Shown here: positions 13,210 through 27,526 of the stretch, in pieces
Position numbering within the stretch: position 1 is the stretch's first letter
Layout of the letters: every line of letters begins with the position of its first letter
Assembly (NCBI GenBank): GCA_010093815.1
Contig: ML996566.1
From: Pseudovirgaria hyperparasitica
Lineage: Eukaryota
Direction: 5' to 3' (one strand)
Length of the DNA: 64,000 nucleotides
Notes under the pieces: generated by a model
What the model saw: only the letters and a program-made list of their open reading frames with translations
Database searches by the model: none
Told to the model about the DNA's origin: nothing
Program-made: the position numbers and the translations under genes

Positions 13210-14337
13210 CGTGTTGTGAGGTAGTTCGTCCTGTTGTGGGAGACTTTGTTGGGTGGTGGGTGGGGAAACGAAAACTACGACGAGCTGTACATATGGGAAG
13301 AAGGTGTGATAACAGGGGAATTAGACGGGGAAAGAATAGAACAATTACTGTAGTAGGTGAGAACAACACGGGAAGCAACAGAAAAGGTAATTTATACGTG
13401 CGCAAACAGAAGGGCGCGAAGCATGGCTTTTGGTGTGTGGTGTGGGGATTGTGAAAGAGTATGGATAGGTAGAGTAAAGACTGCTGCTGAGACTGAGCGG
13501 GCATGAAGGAAAGATGGCGAGCTAGGTAGGGTTTGCCGTTGCGGGTGGTGGAAGCTGATTGGCCACGGCCCCCCGACTTGTGGGGGAGGAAGGAGAGGAA
13601 GCCCGCTCACCACCAAATGGAATTCGTGGCCAGCGGTTCTGCATACTAATTAGATACATAAGCCCAGCAGCCAGCAACCAGCCAGCCAACAGCGCCCAGG
13701 TTTGCCAGCTCCTCCTGTGGCGATAATGCACGTGTGATTTCTCGATAGAATGGATGCACTCACCGCCCCCGCTCGTGACCTTCGCTTGCATTTCTCGTCA
13801 TGCAAAAGATCTTCTTCATCTTCACCGGATGCCTCTCGCCACTTTTGTGTCAACTGTCCGTCGAATTGCGCATTCATACTCTTCCAAGTTAGTGTAAACA
13901 CATATATCACAGCTTGGGCCTGATATGTCAGGAATGACACCTGTCATGGTCATTTGCATGGACCACTAGGCGATCGAATGACCAGCCAGCCCTACCGGTC
14001 GCATCCCGGCAGATGGACAGCCTTATGGGTATAGGTACGCTTAAAACATTCCGGGTCTGTGTCTATTGTCATTTCAACACTTGAACATCACTGTGACAGC
14101 TATACGATTAGGCGCCACTGGATCCGTCAATTGATTGACCTTGATTCAATATACATACATTTATCCATTGACTGCATAGCTGTGTGGCTTCGGTCCTGGC
14201 ATTTATTCAGCGACTCCAAGTTAGGGTGCTGTTGTCTCATATAGAGAATGGAATAATAAAGTATTTGTTATGGATTGTTTCCTCGTCCTGTAATCATGGG
14301 ACGCTGCTCCTCATATGACGCGTTCCTTCATCGCCCC

Positions 14338-15102
14338 TCAAATTGGTTTAATCTGCTCGACTTAGCACAAAGCGAAAACATGTACGTGCAGGGTCCAGAA
14401 ATACCTTGAAGTGAAGAGATATCAGCGAGAAAACGAGCGCCTTAAGATCTTGTACCAAGTAGTAGAACACTCGTAGGCCTTCAGGATCCTGAGATTCTGT
14501 GACGTCGACTAGGGAGCCAATTTTGGCAGTCTAAAAATAATGAGCGACTTATGATCTGGTTTGACAGCCACAAGGCATTTCATACCTCGAAAGATATGTG
14601 CTCATTACCCATGCGTATTTCGAGCTCCTGGCGACCATCTTTGTTCTTCTGCGGCCATTTGGTGTCATCTTCCCTGAGAGAGAGTTAGCCTCGTGAAAGC
14701 AGCAAGTTCACATGGAACCTACTTCATGATTTCGCTGTCCTTGATAATACGCTTAATTTCAGCAATCATCAGAGAACTGACACACACTTGAGGAAGAATG
14801 TCAGTTCAGTTAATCGGAATCGGGTTTCTGCCATACTTTCTTTGCGGATTAGTGAGTCGTTTCGGTAGTTTGAATTGTTCGCGTATCTGGCGGATGCGCT
14901 TCGGCCATCGCCCAGGGCACGGAAATCGAATTCTGATATTGTCAACGGAAACTCTGATGGGACATGACGAATGTCTGTTACCAAGAAATTCATGACCGAA
15001 TCGGCCTGAATGTCCAGAGCTGTGGGGATTTAGTGTGTAATCACGAGTATGTGCAAATACTGACTAGTATCTGACGTAAAAAGGCTCGCTGGATGCAGCC
15101 AT
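14338..15102 (-). CDS. MAGO: Mago nashi, exon junction complex core protein (7 short coding exons)
   Basis: Manual splicing gives [29 protein letters not shown]...[21 protein letters not shown]...[80 protein letters not shown]; all six introns are GT-AG. Confidence 0.96.
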
Positions 15103-15573
15103 AACTGCAAGCTGAGAGCAAGATCGTCAGGATGAGCTCGAGAGGTATTTATAAATCACACTGCTCCAGAACGTTGTTGGTCTAGACTGTAGAAGTTCGC
15201 AAACATCAACGCGGTCGTGCAGGCCGTTCTGCCAAGGCGGTGAACGCCAAAGGTGTTTAGCGAGACCTTTCTCCTGGGAACACCTGTAATGTTGTTTCAT
15301 GGAGGCGCTGACGACCACTCTTTCATACAAAGGACTTCCTCGATATCCGTAATCATAGAGCCAATCCGCCTCCCTCCGTATTGACTGCCGCATATTCCTC
15401 CTCGCCCGCACGAAATACACCCTGAGCGTTCTCTGCCCCACCAATTGCAACGTTTCCAATTGCGGGCTGAGCTGCACCTCTGACCCAAATACATCCAGTG
15501 CCTCAGAGGGAGGCCGAAGACATACGTACCTGAATGAGTTTGGGCTAGCTGCTTCAGCCTTCCAGTTCGCAAG

Positions 15574-18550
15574 ATGGCGACGTTCCTCGACAATGCATAC
15601 AGCCTGGTCCACCAGGACAATTCGGCAGACCAGCCAACACAACAGGAGTTGAAGACGCAACTAGAAAAAGGCACAGATGAGACGAAGGTAGAAACAATGA
15701 AGCGCATATTGACAGTAATGTTGAATGGCGACCCGATGCCGAACCTATTGATGCATATAATCCGATTCGTCATGCCATCAAAGTCCAAACCTTTGAAGAA
15801 GCTCCTTTACCTATACTACGAGATATGTCCGAAGCATGATAGCAGTGGTAAGCTGAGACAGGAATGGATATTGGTTTGGTAAGTGACCATACCGTGGAGC
15901 GGCTTGCAATAATTGACTGGGATTAGTAACGGCATGCGATTCGATCTACAACATCCCAACGAATATGTTCGAGGAAGCACGCTCCGCTTCGTCACCAAGC
16001 TCAGAGATGCTGAGCTAGTGGAACCTCTCTTACAGCCAGCTCGTCAATGTCTCGAACATAGACACGCTTATGTGCGCAAGAACGCCGTGTACGCCATCGC
16101 TTCCATTTACCAACATCTCGAAGCTCTTATACCGGATGCGCCAGACATTCTGTTCAACTTTCTGGAAGAAGAGAACGATGCCACTTGTAAGAGGAATGCG
16201 TTTGCTGCACTTGTGTCAATCAGTCATGAAAAAGCATTGGAATATCTCAGCGGTGTATTTGACGGTATACCAAACGCAGATGAACTATTGCAATTGGCAG
16301 AACTAGAGTTTATCCGGAAAGATTCCGTCGCAAACCCTCAAAACAAGGCCAGGTACTTGAGACTCATCTTTGACCTTCTGGAGGCCAACACTGCCACTGT
16401 TGTGTACGAAGCGGCGTCTTCTTTGACAGCCTTGACAAATAACCCCGTTGCTGTAAAGGCTGCCGCTGCAAAATTCATCGATCTTGCGATTAAGGAGCCT
16501 GACAACAATGTAAAGTTGATTGTTCTTGAGAAAGTCAATCAGCTCAGGCAGAAGAATGAGGGTATCCTCGACGATTTGACCATGGAAATCCTTCGTGTTC
16601 TTTCAAGTCCTGATCTCGACGTGCGGCGGAAAGCTCTGTCTCTTGCTTTGGACATGGTGTCAAGCAAGAACGTCGAAGAGGTCATTCTGCTCTTGAAAAA
16701 GGAGTTGGCCAAGACCGTAGATGAGCAGTACGAAAAGAGCACTGAGTACCGCACCCTCCTCATTCATTCGATTCACCAGTGCGCAATCAAGTTCTCCGAG
16801 GTTGCTGCAAGTGTCGTCGACTCTCTCATGGACTTTATCGCCGATTTCAACAATGCTTCCGCTGTAGATGTTATCTCATTTGTCAAAGAAGTCGTGGAGC
16901 GATTTCCGAATCTTCGTGGAAATATTGTGGCGCGGTTAGTGTCGACTCTCAACGAGGTCCGAGCTGGCAAAGTCTACCGTGGAGCTCTTTGGATCGTCGG
17001 TGAATATTCCACAGAGGCGACCGACATTAGAGAAGCTTGGAAGTGCATTCGCTCTAGCCTTGGCGAGATTCCTATCCTTGCGTCAGAGCAACGGTTGCTT
17101 GAAGAAGTGCCTGACACCACCGAAAGCGAGCTGAAAGATCAGGTCAATGGCCATGCGAAGGGCTCCGCACCAACTGGATCCCGGAAGGTTCTCGCCGATG
17201 GTACCTATGCCACAGAGAGCGCTTTGACAAGCCAAGCTGCAGTGAAGGCTAAACTTGAAGCTGTTAAAGCTGCCCAGAAGCCTCCTCTTAGACAGCTCAT
17301 TCTGGATGGCGATTATTATCTTGCGACCGTCCTCTCGTCGACGCTAACAAAGCTGGTCATGAGACATGCGGAGATCTCCAAAGACACTGCTCGCACGAAT
17401 GCTCTCAAAGCTGAAGCTATGCTGATACTCATCTCAATAATCCGCGTCGGCCAATCTCAGTTCGTCAAGCAGCCTATCGATGAAGATTCTGTCGATCGTA
17501 TCATGTCTTGTGTTCGTTCGCTAGCAGAATTCAGTCAACGTAAGGAGTTGGAGACGGTCTTCCTGGAGGATACCCGGAAGGCATTTCGTGCTATGGTGCA
17601 GACGGAGGAGAAGAAGCGTGCCGCAAAAGAGGCTGTGGAGAAAGCAAAGAGCGCAGTCCAAGTCGACGACGTTGTCAGTATTAGACAGTTGTCTAAGAAG
17701 AACACCATGGACGGTGGCGATGAGATTGACTTGGATCTTGAGAAAGCTACTGGTGGAGACAGTGCCACGGAAGATCTGACCTCGAAACTGAGCAGGGTAG
17801 TACAGTTGACCGGATTCTCTGACCCCGTCTACGCCGAGGCCTATGTCAAGGTGCACCAGTTTGACATTGTCCTCGATGTATTGCTTGTCAATCAGACCTC
17901 CGAGACTCTCCAGAATCTTTCGGTCGAATTTGCAACTCTCGGCGATCTCAAGGTTGTCGAGAGACCCACGACCCAAAATCTTAGCGCACACGATTTCTTA
18001 AACGTACAAGCTACGATCAAAGTATCTTCCACTGACACCGGTGTCATCTTTGGAAACGTTGTCTATGACGGCGCAAGTTCCACAGAGAGCAATGTTGTCA
18101 TTCTGAACGATGTCCATGTCGATATCATGGACTACATCCAGCCTGCCCAATGCACAGAGACGCAATTCAGGACAATGTGGACCGAATTTGAATGGGAAAA
18201 CAAGGTCAACATCAATTCCAAGGTAAAGACGTTACGTGAATTCCTAAAACAGCTAATGGCGAGCACGAATATGAGCTGCCTCACTCCCGAGGCGTCCATG
18301 AAAGGAGACTGCCAATTTCTAAGTGCAAATCTATATGCTAGGAGCGTCTTCGGTGAGTTATGTTTAGTTTCCTATTGGTCGCATTTCACTAACTGCTACC
18401 GTAGGCGAGGATGCACTGGCGAATTTAAGTATTGAGAAGGAAGGTGATGATGGTCCGATTACTGGCTTCGTACGAATTCGAAGTCGCTCACAAGGCCTGG
18501 CCTTGAGCCTTGGGTCATTGAAGGGGCTGAACAAGGTTGGAACAACATGA
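15574..18550 (+). CDS. SEC26: Coatomer subunit beta (beta-COP), 3 exons
   Basis: [80 protein letters not shown]. Confidence 0.97.
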
Positions 18551-19197
18551 TATGTGAAAATTAATGATCAGAAAGCAAAAATGTCAACGAGCCACCACGT
18601 CAGCTACTCTGATGGACTGCCGCTCGGCTACCTATGGTGTTTATAGAGCGACACGACGGCTTCCGGAGTGCTACATGTTTTTGGTACTGATGGAATCTAT
18701 CCGAGGGACGTGTAGGCCCGCTCCAAGTCTAGAATTCCAAAATGGTCGTCTGGAGTGCAGTAATACCAGCATGATGGGTACAGAATCGACGAATGCTGAA
18801 TAGTTGTGATGTATAGGTGCGACACGTGACCCCGCCGTCAACGCCTTGTAGAAAGCGGCACCGTGTATGAATAAGTATCTCACTACACCGAACTGGAAAC
18901 ATGGCATGCGACTCGGTTGAATGCCTCGGCCAGCCCACTGCAGGGACGTGTACATTATGCTGCATCAAGCATATTAATTATTGGCTTACTTGTTAATGCT
19001 ACCTTGACCTGGGACGCCTGTACGCCACCCGAGATTCCCGTTCCCGTCTCGCTTGCTTCCGATAGAGAGAGGTACGCGCGGTACTTCCAGGTTGTGACTC
19101 TACTCCCCTTCCCTCCTTCCATCTTACATTATGTCTTCACGGTGAACCCTTGGCTCTGCCTTGTGGATATTTCTTTGTATACCTACTACGCGCCGTC

Positions 19198-20810
19198 ATG
19201 TCCGAGATTGCCGAAACATCCAACCCTTTCAACGATTCAGACGGTCTCGCCAATGCGACACTCCCGGTTGGGCGCAATGTCTCGCTGACGCTGGGTACTG
19301 ACGCTCTCGTCGTGCTTGGTAATGACCCACGTAAATGTTCCTTCGAACAAATGCTGAAGTAACTAGATGAAGCATTTGGGGACAAGCAGAGCTGGAATTG
19401 CTTTGGCTTGCTTTCGAGCAGTAAGCTCTCTCACGTCACCCCGCAGGACCTCATCCCAAGCTTATACGTCTTGCAGGAAACAAAACTACCCGTTCTATTC
19501 CATTCTTTAATGTCCTCTGGGCCGAAGCAACCGAATTCGACATCACTATCACTTATGCCCACAACGTGTCGAAGAAGACAGCCCGTCCGAGCAATATACA
19601 CTATCTGATTGAGAAGACCGACCATGCACGAGCGGTAGCCTGGGTTGCGCGTTTACTGGACCGCGCATATGGAGCGGCTCAGAAGCGCAAACGTATAAAG
19701 GTTCTGGTCAATCCTTTCGGCGGCCAGGGCGGCGCTGAGAAATACTATTTACGCGATATCGAGCCGATACTTGCGGCAGCGCGGTGCGAGATCGACGTTG
19801 AGAAGACACAATACGGAGGTCATGCTGTAGATTTGGTCGAGAAGCTGGACATCGATCAATGGGATGTCATCGCATGCTGCTCAGGCGATGGTGTGCCCCA
19901 TGAAGTGTTCAACGGCCTAGCGAAGAAGAAGAACGCTGCTCGTGCCTTACACCAAGTTGCCGTTGTGCAATTCCCATGCGGATCTGGAAACGCAATGAGC
20001 ATCAACTTGAATGGAACAAACTCGCCTAGCCTCGCCGCTATTGCCGTTGTCAAAGGCCTCCGTACCCCCCTCGATCTCATATCCGTCACTCAGGACGACA
20101 AGCGCATTCTCTCCTTTCTCTCTCAATCCGCCGGCATGGTCGCCGAATGTGATCTTGGCACCGAGAACCTTCGTTGGCTTGGTAGTGCGCGTTTCGACGT
20201 TGGTTTTCTCTTGCGTGTTCTTAGTGGCCGAGTCATGTATCCCGCCGACGTTGCAATCGCCCTCGAAGATGACTCGAAAACATCCATTCGGGAGACGTAC
20301 CGTCGCGAACATTCGCGCAGCCCACCCGCCAGTGACTCTCGAATCCCCCCAGCTGTAGACTCATCACTTCCACCGCTGGAGTTTGGAACCGTGAATGACC
20401 CTTTACCATCTGGGTGGGCACTCATACCGTACGACACCCTCAGCACCTTTTACGTGGGCAACATGACGTACATGGCTCCCAATGCGCCCTTCTTCCCAAT
20501 GGCATTGCCAACAGATGGCTGCGCAGACTTTATCACAGTCCCTGGTACTGTACCAAAGCTAGAGTCGTTGAGCATTGGCATTGCGGTGGAGAAGGGGACC
20601 TTCGTGGACAAGGATTACGTGGCATATAAGAAGATTCGTGCATACCGTTTCATTCCACGGAGGATACCTCATCGCAAAGGCGAAAAGGAGAATGGATATA
20701 TAAGTATTGATGGCGAAAGCGTACCATTTCGGCCTTTCCAGGCCGAAGTGCATCCTGGGCTGGGAACTGTTCTCAGCCGGAGCGGGCACATCTACGAAAA
20801 ACAACGGTAA
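19198..20810 (+). CDS. LCB4: Sphingoid long-chain base kinase (DAG-kinase family), 3 exons
   Basis: VLVNPFGGQG, CCSGDGVPHEVFNG, PCGSGNAM, DLGTENLRWLGSARF, ISIDGE. Confidence 0.92.
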
Positions 20811-21840
20811 GGCATGAAGGCAATGCTGTTTGTCCTTTTCCTTTCTTTTCTTTTTCTTTGGATGATCGGAGATGGGGCGAAACGAGAGTAGAGCAGCACT
20901 ACGGCACCTAGTCTCAGCATTTGCAGGCGATTTCTTCCCCTTGTTTATACCCACTTGTACGCTAGCACAGCACCATACATTTTCGAATTTGGCCACATTG
21001 TATTTTTTTTTCTCGTTGTAAGAAGAAATTCTTGTCTGGACGGATCTCGGGCATTGGCGTTTTTTGTTTCGTATAGGATCGTGGTGTGGACTGCATACAT
21101 GTATTTATTCGGGTATGTATCTCGAGAGTAGTGAAGGTATAAAGGTTTACTTGATTGTCAATCACCATTGTCATACTCCTTTCTCTTGCTGTGGTTCTCT
21201 TACGCTTTCGAATTGCATGATGTGTTCTCGTCGCGCACTCGTTCGTCGTCTCTGGGGTGGACGAGGACGCTCTGCTGTATCACGTCGGGTCGTGAGATCG
21301 ATCGCAGTGGTCAGATCGACGTGCTCGTGATCTCAGGTTCTGGCATTGGGTTTTGTCTGTTGGGGGACAGGGAGCGTGTGCTGGGCAGACGAGATTATAG
21401 AGTTGATGGCTTGGCAGAGGAGGAGAAGGGTGGACTGCGATACGGACGTCCAGAGTTCAATTGCATGTCGTGAAATAGGGAGAGGGACAGCGTAGATAGA
21501 ATAAGGAGAATAAACGTGGGTTTGTGGGGGAATAAAGGGTGAAGTAGAGGACCAATATGATTCTTATATCATTGGATTGATAGCATACCGTTGCTGTCGT
21601 GACAAAGCTCTTATGAAGACATATACCGTAGATTACACCCATCGCAAAATGCAGCGCCAGCGTGAGTAAATGTCGTATATCGAAGCCGTAGATCCATATG
21701 ATCCACAGGCTCCCTTCAACATCAATAGATGGTCCCTCCCATTCCTCATACTCCAAGTACGCCATGCTTTCAAAACCCCCATAACGCACCACACAAATCA
21801 ATGCTCCATACCCAGAATACCACAACCCCATATTCCATCA

Positions 21841-22362
21841 TCACACACGGTGTCTCCACCCGGTATTAGCCTGCCTCACATATCCTCTCCTATTCGGCCC
21901 ACCAGCATAATACCGATCAGCATTCTCCCGCAGCGCCTCCCCCTCGCCCATCCACGCCCCCACCGCCGCACTAACATCCTCCACCGTCCCCTCCAGCCCA
22001 CGCGCATACACATACAGCGCCGCAACCGCAATCCCGACATACAGCGCTGCCTTGAACGCGAATCGCACCCAGAACAGCACCGCGCTGACGAGCATCTGGA
22101 GCAGGTAGAAGGAGGCGAAGAGGATGATGACGAGGACGCCGAGGCTGAAGAGGTCGGGGGCGGTGGTCAGGCGGGCGATTAGGGGCAGGGCGAGCGTGCG
22201 GAGGATGTGGAGGGTGTGGAAGATGGGGGTGAGGATGGATGGGTAGGTTGTGAGGAGGAGGGTGAGGTAGGCTGGATTGGTGAGGTTAGCTTTGGGTGGG
22301 AAGGAAGGGGGGAAGGGGGTGGTACTTTTTATGGTGTCTGGGAGGATGTTGAGCATGTCCAT
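21841..22362 (-). CDS. APQ12: Apq12-like nuclear pore assembly membrane protein
   Basis: 173-aa ORF with two TM helices: PDLFSLGVLVIILFASFYLLQMLVSAVLFWVR...YVYARGLEGTVED. Confidence 0.7.
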   Translation of the reverse strand: MDMLNILPDTIKSTTPFPPSFPPKANLTNPAYLTLLLTTYPSILTPIFHTLHILRTLALPLIARLTTAPDLFSLGVLVIILFASFYLLQMLVSAVLFWVRFAFKAALYVGIAVAALYVYARGLEGTVEDVSAAVGAWMGEGEALRENADRYYAGGPNRRGYVRQANTGWRHRV

Positions 22363-23008
22363 TGTTGTGGTTTGTGGTGTGTTGGATAAGAGGAGGTGAG
22401 GTTCTGGAATGGAGACAGAAGTGCGGAGATGCGGGAGTGAGGTGGTGGCGTGGCGTAGAGGTGTGTAGTCGAGATGGAGAGTGGACTGGGTATATGTTTT
22501 GCGATTTGGAGGGCGATAGGACACGTGTACTGTTAGCGAGCGCGCGTCGGTAGGTATGGTCTGTGAAAGCTGGAGATGTTTTCGGTTGAGGTTGTTTGCA
22601 TGACAATGGGTGAAGCTCCACAGCGCACGGTCCAACTGCGGTATTTGCTAGTGAACGCGAGTGACGGGTTGAATGTTCGGCTGTGTAGAGTGAGGGTCGT
22701 GTCTCTTGCCTTTCTGACTACATGCTGAATATTCTGAAGCTAGGCATATTTATAATTGCTATACGCGCTCCTGAGACGTGCTGCATTGTAGTCTTCTTTG
22801 TCTTTACTTTCTGATATCTGTCTGCTTGATTCACTTCCGGACCCGGCGACTTAAGTACTATCTCATTCCGTACTTCTCTTAATGTTCATCTTTCTATTTT
22901 ATTCTGCGTTCTCGTCTTTTCCCTAGTCCCAATGCTTGGTATTATGTCACACCGATCTGCCAACAAAACCCCCCTTTCGACACTCTCACGCCAATAGTCC
23001 CATTGCCA

Positions 23009-23662
23009 TCATCTCCTCTCCATTCCTCCTGGACCCCCGCTCCTCCCTTCAATAGCAGCCTGCTCCGCCCTCGCAATCTCCAAATGCATCATTTCATCGA
23101 TCTTCTGCCTCAAATCGCGGAACCTCGCGTCATACCTCGCACCTCGATCATCATCCGCGTAGTTGTAAAAGGTGTATCCATTCACATCGCCCGGCTTGTA
23201 CGCTTGGCCCTTGGCCAGCAGAATCAGTCTCTCTCTGCTCTGCCCATCCTGACGGATGTCCTGTGCAATGATGGCAGCGTATGACGCGTAGCCTTGAGCA
23301 TGTGTGTGGCAGCAGGTGACGAACTGGATTGTGTTGATGTAGGAGCGAAAGAGCCAGTAGATGTTGTCTAAGAGGTGTTAGAGGAGGTAATTTGAGGGAA
23401 ATTATGGGGGGAAGAGCATACTGATGAACTGATCTAGCTCGCTCGCGTTACTGATGACACCACGGGGGACTTTGGAGCGCAGCATATTCAACGCATCTTC
23501 GGTGCGCGCGCTGATTGTGTCTTCGTGTGGCGGCTCGCGGAAGGAAGCCCGAGACATATCGGACGGTGAGAGCAGTATCGAGCAGTGTTGTTGTTCATCG
23601 TCGAGCTGCGATTGCACTTCTGGGTCGCGATCGGGCTCATGAAAAGGGGTCTGTGGCGACAT
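23009..23662 (-). CDS. Hypothetical protein A (199 aa; exons 23662-23422 and 23367-23009), paralogue of 28179-28791
   Basis: Canonical intron GTATGC..CTAAC..TAG joins two open frames in phase 1 (600 nt total); similarity to protein B. Confidence 0.7.
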
Positions 23663-24762
23663 CTTGTGTCGAAACGGTTTCACCAGATCATATTTAGCGG
23701 CGGTGGAGTACTCCAGTGCAGTTCGTGAAGACCGAAGCAAGGGATGAGGCTGTTGTACACTTCACATGTGTTGAGTGTGAGAGCTGTACAACATACGACC
23801 TCGACCAAGGTGTAAATGTTCCTATCGTTATTTTTCTAGATATCTTCTGCGTAGGAATGATTTTGATCTTGAAAATGGGGTTTCAAACAGCTCATGGGCC
23901 TGAGACAGACGTGATATATTTTTGAAAGTAGCATCATATACAGACTAAACTCCAGGTTATCTTCACCATTACAGCTGAGGTTGCTCTGATCCAACTGAAG
24001 GCTGTCAAGAGTCCCCTCATTGATGATTGCTCTGATCCTCCAATTGAAGGTAGACCTGCTCTTCTGAAAGAAGGCTGATCTGATATCGAAGGAGGCTGAA
24101 AAATGCGCCTTAACTGACTTAGTTAGTGCCCGAACCCGGACTGGGACGCCCGCGCCCGCGCCGGAGGGTTGACAGGTGCAGATAGTGCGCAGCGCCCGGC
24201 GATTCAACGTCGGTGGCTGCCTGCGATCTCACGTTATTCATCCTGCCTCGGTACACAAAGAAGTAATTAAAATAGGATAAGAACCTTGTTTTTGCAGTCC
24301 CGTAGTGCTGATGGTGCGATGAATTTCGCAGAGACATCCACTCTGTCTAGGATGTCCTGGTCTGTATAGATGCGCGGAGACAGCAATTAGCCAGCCTAGC
24401 CCTGTACGGTGACAAGGGTCTGGTTGGCCTCAGGCAGGTCGGGCGTCGGAGTTTTGGTTGGTTGCTGGGGCGGCAGGTCGTCCCAGCGCTTCACCAAACA
24501 ACAAAGACGGCCTATTTCATGGCCACAGCTGCATATCTCTATCGACAGCTCGCCGCTTTGGGCTGGTCGGACCTTTTCTGTTCTCCGAAATAACTCTGCA
24601 TGACCTTCTTCTGCAACTCTCTTTGCCGCCACAATCTCGCACTGAAATAACCAGCACTTCGCAGTATCAGACTGTTGTTTACTTGCTCCCACCTTTCCCC
24701 GCATTGAAGTCTGGTTCTTGCTTCCACCTTTTCACGTTTCTCGATTGCAAGGACGACCAAAG

Positions 24763-27526
24763 ATGATCAGATCTAGGAGCAAAGATGGCTTCAGTGCACA
24801 GCCCGGTCCCGTGTACATGTCCTCCGAGCAAAAGGGTGGGTCAAATCTCTCCATTGATATTGCCTTCTCATTTATCCTTTGCGTCTTCTTCTTCTGTATT
24901 GCATAGTCTGACTGAAACTTTCACCACAGCCAAATACTTGCTCGAGTTGAGAACCAATCGACCTCAAAGACCAACGGGCGCGCGCCCTGCTCCAACATCT
25001 TACTTCTCCACGCGGGATACAACCAACAGAATAATACCAACGGAAGACAGCAGCTCGAGCTCGGTTTCAAGCCCCACGGGATCAGATAGCAGTCCGACTG
25101 AATCCCAAGAACCGTTTCCCAGATCTTCAAGCGCCTTATCAAAACGGATGTCCCGCTCAGAGACTCCAACGTCAGTATCCAGCGATCGTGGGCGGCCAGT
25201 TGCACAACCACTACGTCGTAATGCGTCAGGTGGAACTATGAAAAGTGTAAATTCCATTACTAGCTGTACAGGCACGTACAAAGAGAGCGGAAAGAGGTCG
25301 ATGGAGAAGATGGAGGTAAACACCTTGCGGAAAGCAATGGAAGACTTGGATATGGACGAGGAGCAGAAACTATTCAAAGATGCCCAAGATGAAGCAGCCG
25401 ATCTCGTCTGGCGACATCGGAATCCAAATGCTCCATATCCGAATCCGGATGCGCCATACAAGTACCCAGGGCTGTCAAGAAAAGACCACGGACGAAGCCA
25501 AAGCTTTGGGGGAGCGGAGGGCATGCAACGGACAGGTTCAAAAGCAAAGCACAGATACTCTTACGCTGCTGGTATCAGCGTGCAAGTCAATGCAGATTCA
25601 GTTGCATCACAGAAGATTGATAAAAGCTCGCCTCTTAAGGACGCGCTCAACCAGGAAGGTCAGCTGAATTCGGAGAAAGAAAAGGAGACGCAGGAGGCCA
25701 ATCGAGAGAAGCCGCACGCACGGAATGACTCTGGGCACGACATCATTCAAGACTTCAAAAGCCGGAGGCGAACTAGCGGTAATAAACGGACTCCAAGTGG
25801 TAGCCTGTTCCGTAATCCGGAGGACAAAATATATGAAGAACCTGAAGAGCTCTCATCCCCTAATCGCAAGTCTGAGGAGACTCCAAAGCCAGCACCAATG
25901 CCCCTTCAGGTACGACGGAATCCTTTTGCAAGAGTGAAATTTGCTGTTGACCAGCTTCCACGCTCACACACCGATCCGACCAGCAACGGAAAGCTGGACA
26001 AGTTCGAGATTCACAAGAATCCACCAAGCCAATCGCGAAACGCCGGATACACTTCGAATAATTCCGCTGCAACACCATTAAAACCGAAATCATCGGACAG
26101 TGACGAAGTAAAACTCAAAGACGGTAAAGAAGTCCGTGGTGATGACATTCGAGCGGCGACAAGTCTGAGGTTGAGAGATAGGAGTCCGAGACTTCCCACG
26201 CCAACAGTCGTCAGCGATAGACCGGGTAGGCCGATCGTTAGCTTCAAGGACGACTGGAAGCCCAAAGAGGTTGAGTTGAAGGAAGAGAAGTCCAACGCTT
26301 CTGCGAAAGCCGACACCATTCGATCGTCTACATCGAAGATGTCGGCTTCACCCCTGAAGGCAATATCTGCGCCCGCTGTTCCCACTCTCCATTCAGATAA
26401 CAGCAAACCTGTGAAGTCCAAGGAGCCAGCACTACCCCCAATAAAAACTTTTCCTAAGTACGACCATACAAAGTCACACTCCTCTTCAGTACCCACTATT
26501 GGTGAGATGCCACCGATTCCCGTCATTTGTGCGCCTGACGACATGCCAACTCGAACAATTTCGACGCCAGAAGACAAACTTCCGCCATCTTTAACAATTG
26601 GTATTGACAGCAGTGGTCCATCGCCTGCATCCAGTACAGTCAACTCCGTTCCAACCTTCTCCTTCGATCAATCACCTTCCAAGCCGTCTACGAAAACTAG
26701 TGGTCCAGGATCCGTCAAGTCACCCGTACGGCCACTACCAGTACCATCCCAGGCTACTAAGGCTTCCTCGTGGGGTCCCAATAATACATCGCGCTCACAC
26801 TGGACGCCTACAACAGTGCGAACAGGCGTTCTCTGCAACTCCTGTGCCCTTCCCATCTCCGGTCGTATCGTCTCTGCCGCCGGCCAACGCTTCCACCCCG
26901 AATGCTTCAGCTGTCACCACTGCGCTGAAAAACTTGAGTGCGTGGCATTCTACCCGGAACCCACCGCAGCCCGTGACGAACGTCTCGCACGCATCCACGC
27001 CCGCCAGCAGGGCTACGACACCCCAACCTCCTGGCCAAGCCCATCTCAGGACGGTGACGAGAGCATGCGTTTCTACTGCCACCTTGACTTCCACGAATTC
27101 TTCAGCCCGCGCTGTAAGAGCTGCAAGACTCCTATTGAGGGCGAGGTCGTGGTCGCATGTGGTGCGGAGTGGCATGTCGGTCACTTCTTCTGCGCGCAGT
27201 GTGGCGATCCGTTTGATGCGAGTACGCCATTTGTCGAAAAGGAGGGCTATGCATGGTGTGTCGGATGCCACACGAATCGATATAGTGCGAAGTGTCGGGG
27301 ATGTCGGAAACCGATTACGGAGGTTGTTGTTAAAGCCTTGGGGAGTGAGTGGCATGATACGTGCTTCGTTTGTGTGGTAAGTACAGTCTCATACTTATTA
27401 ACAAGTTATATGCTAATGTCGTGATAGGAATGTAAAGGTCCGTTCGACGATGGCCGGTATTTCCTACGTGGTGAGGAGCAGGACCCAGTTTGTGTGCGCT
27501 GCGAGGAGCGAAGGCTCAAAGCGTAA
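24763..27526 (+). CDS. LIM-domain (paxillin-like) protein with long low-complexity N-terminus, 3 exons
   Basis: Three C-terminal LIM units (CNSC..FHPECFSCHHC..YCHLDF; CKSC..WHVGHFFCAQC; CRGC..WHDTCFVCVEC..CVRC). Exon 1 24763-24835 splices in frame to 24930. Confidence 0.9.

Noticed and set aside
21064..21473. Small gene between LCB4 and APQ12
   Set aside because: Frames examined close quickly and no motif or consistent splice model was found.
23836..24337. ORFs and a GC-rich patch (~24125-24215) as gene or ribozyme
   Set aside because: No ATG-led credible ORF; no hammerhead or HDV core could be matched by eye.
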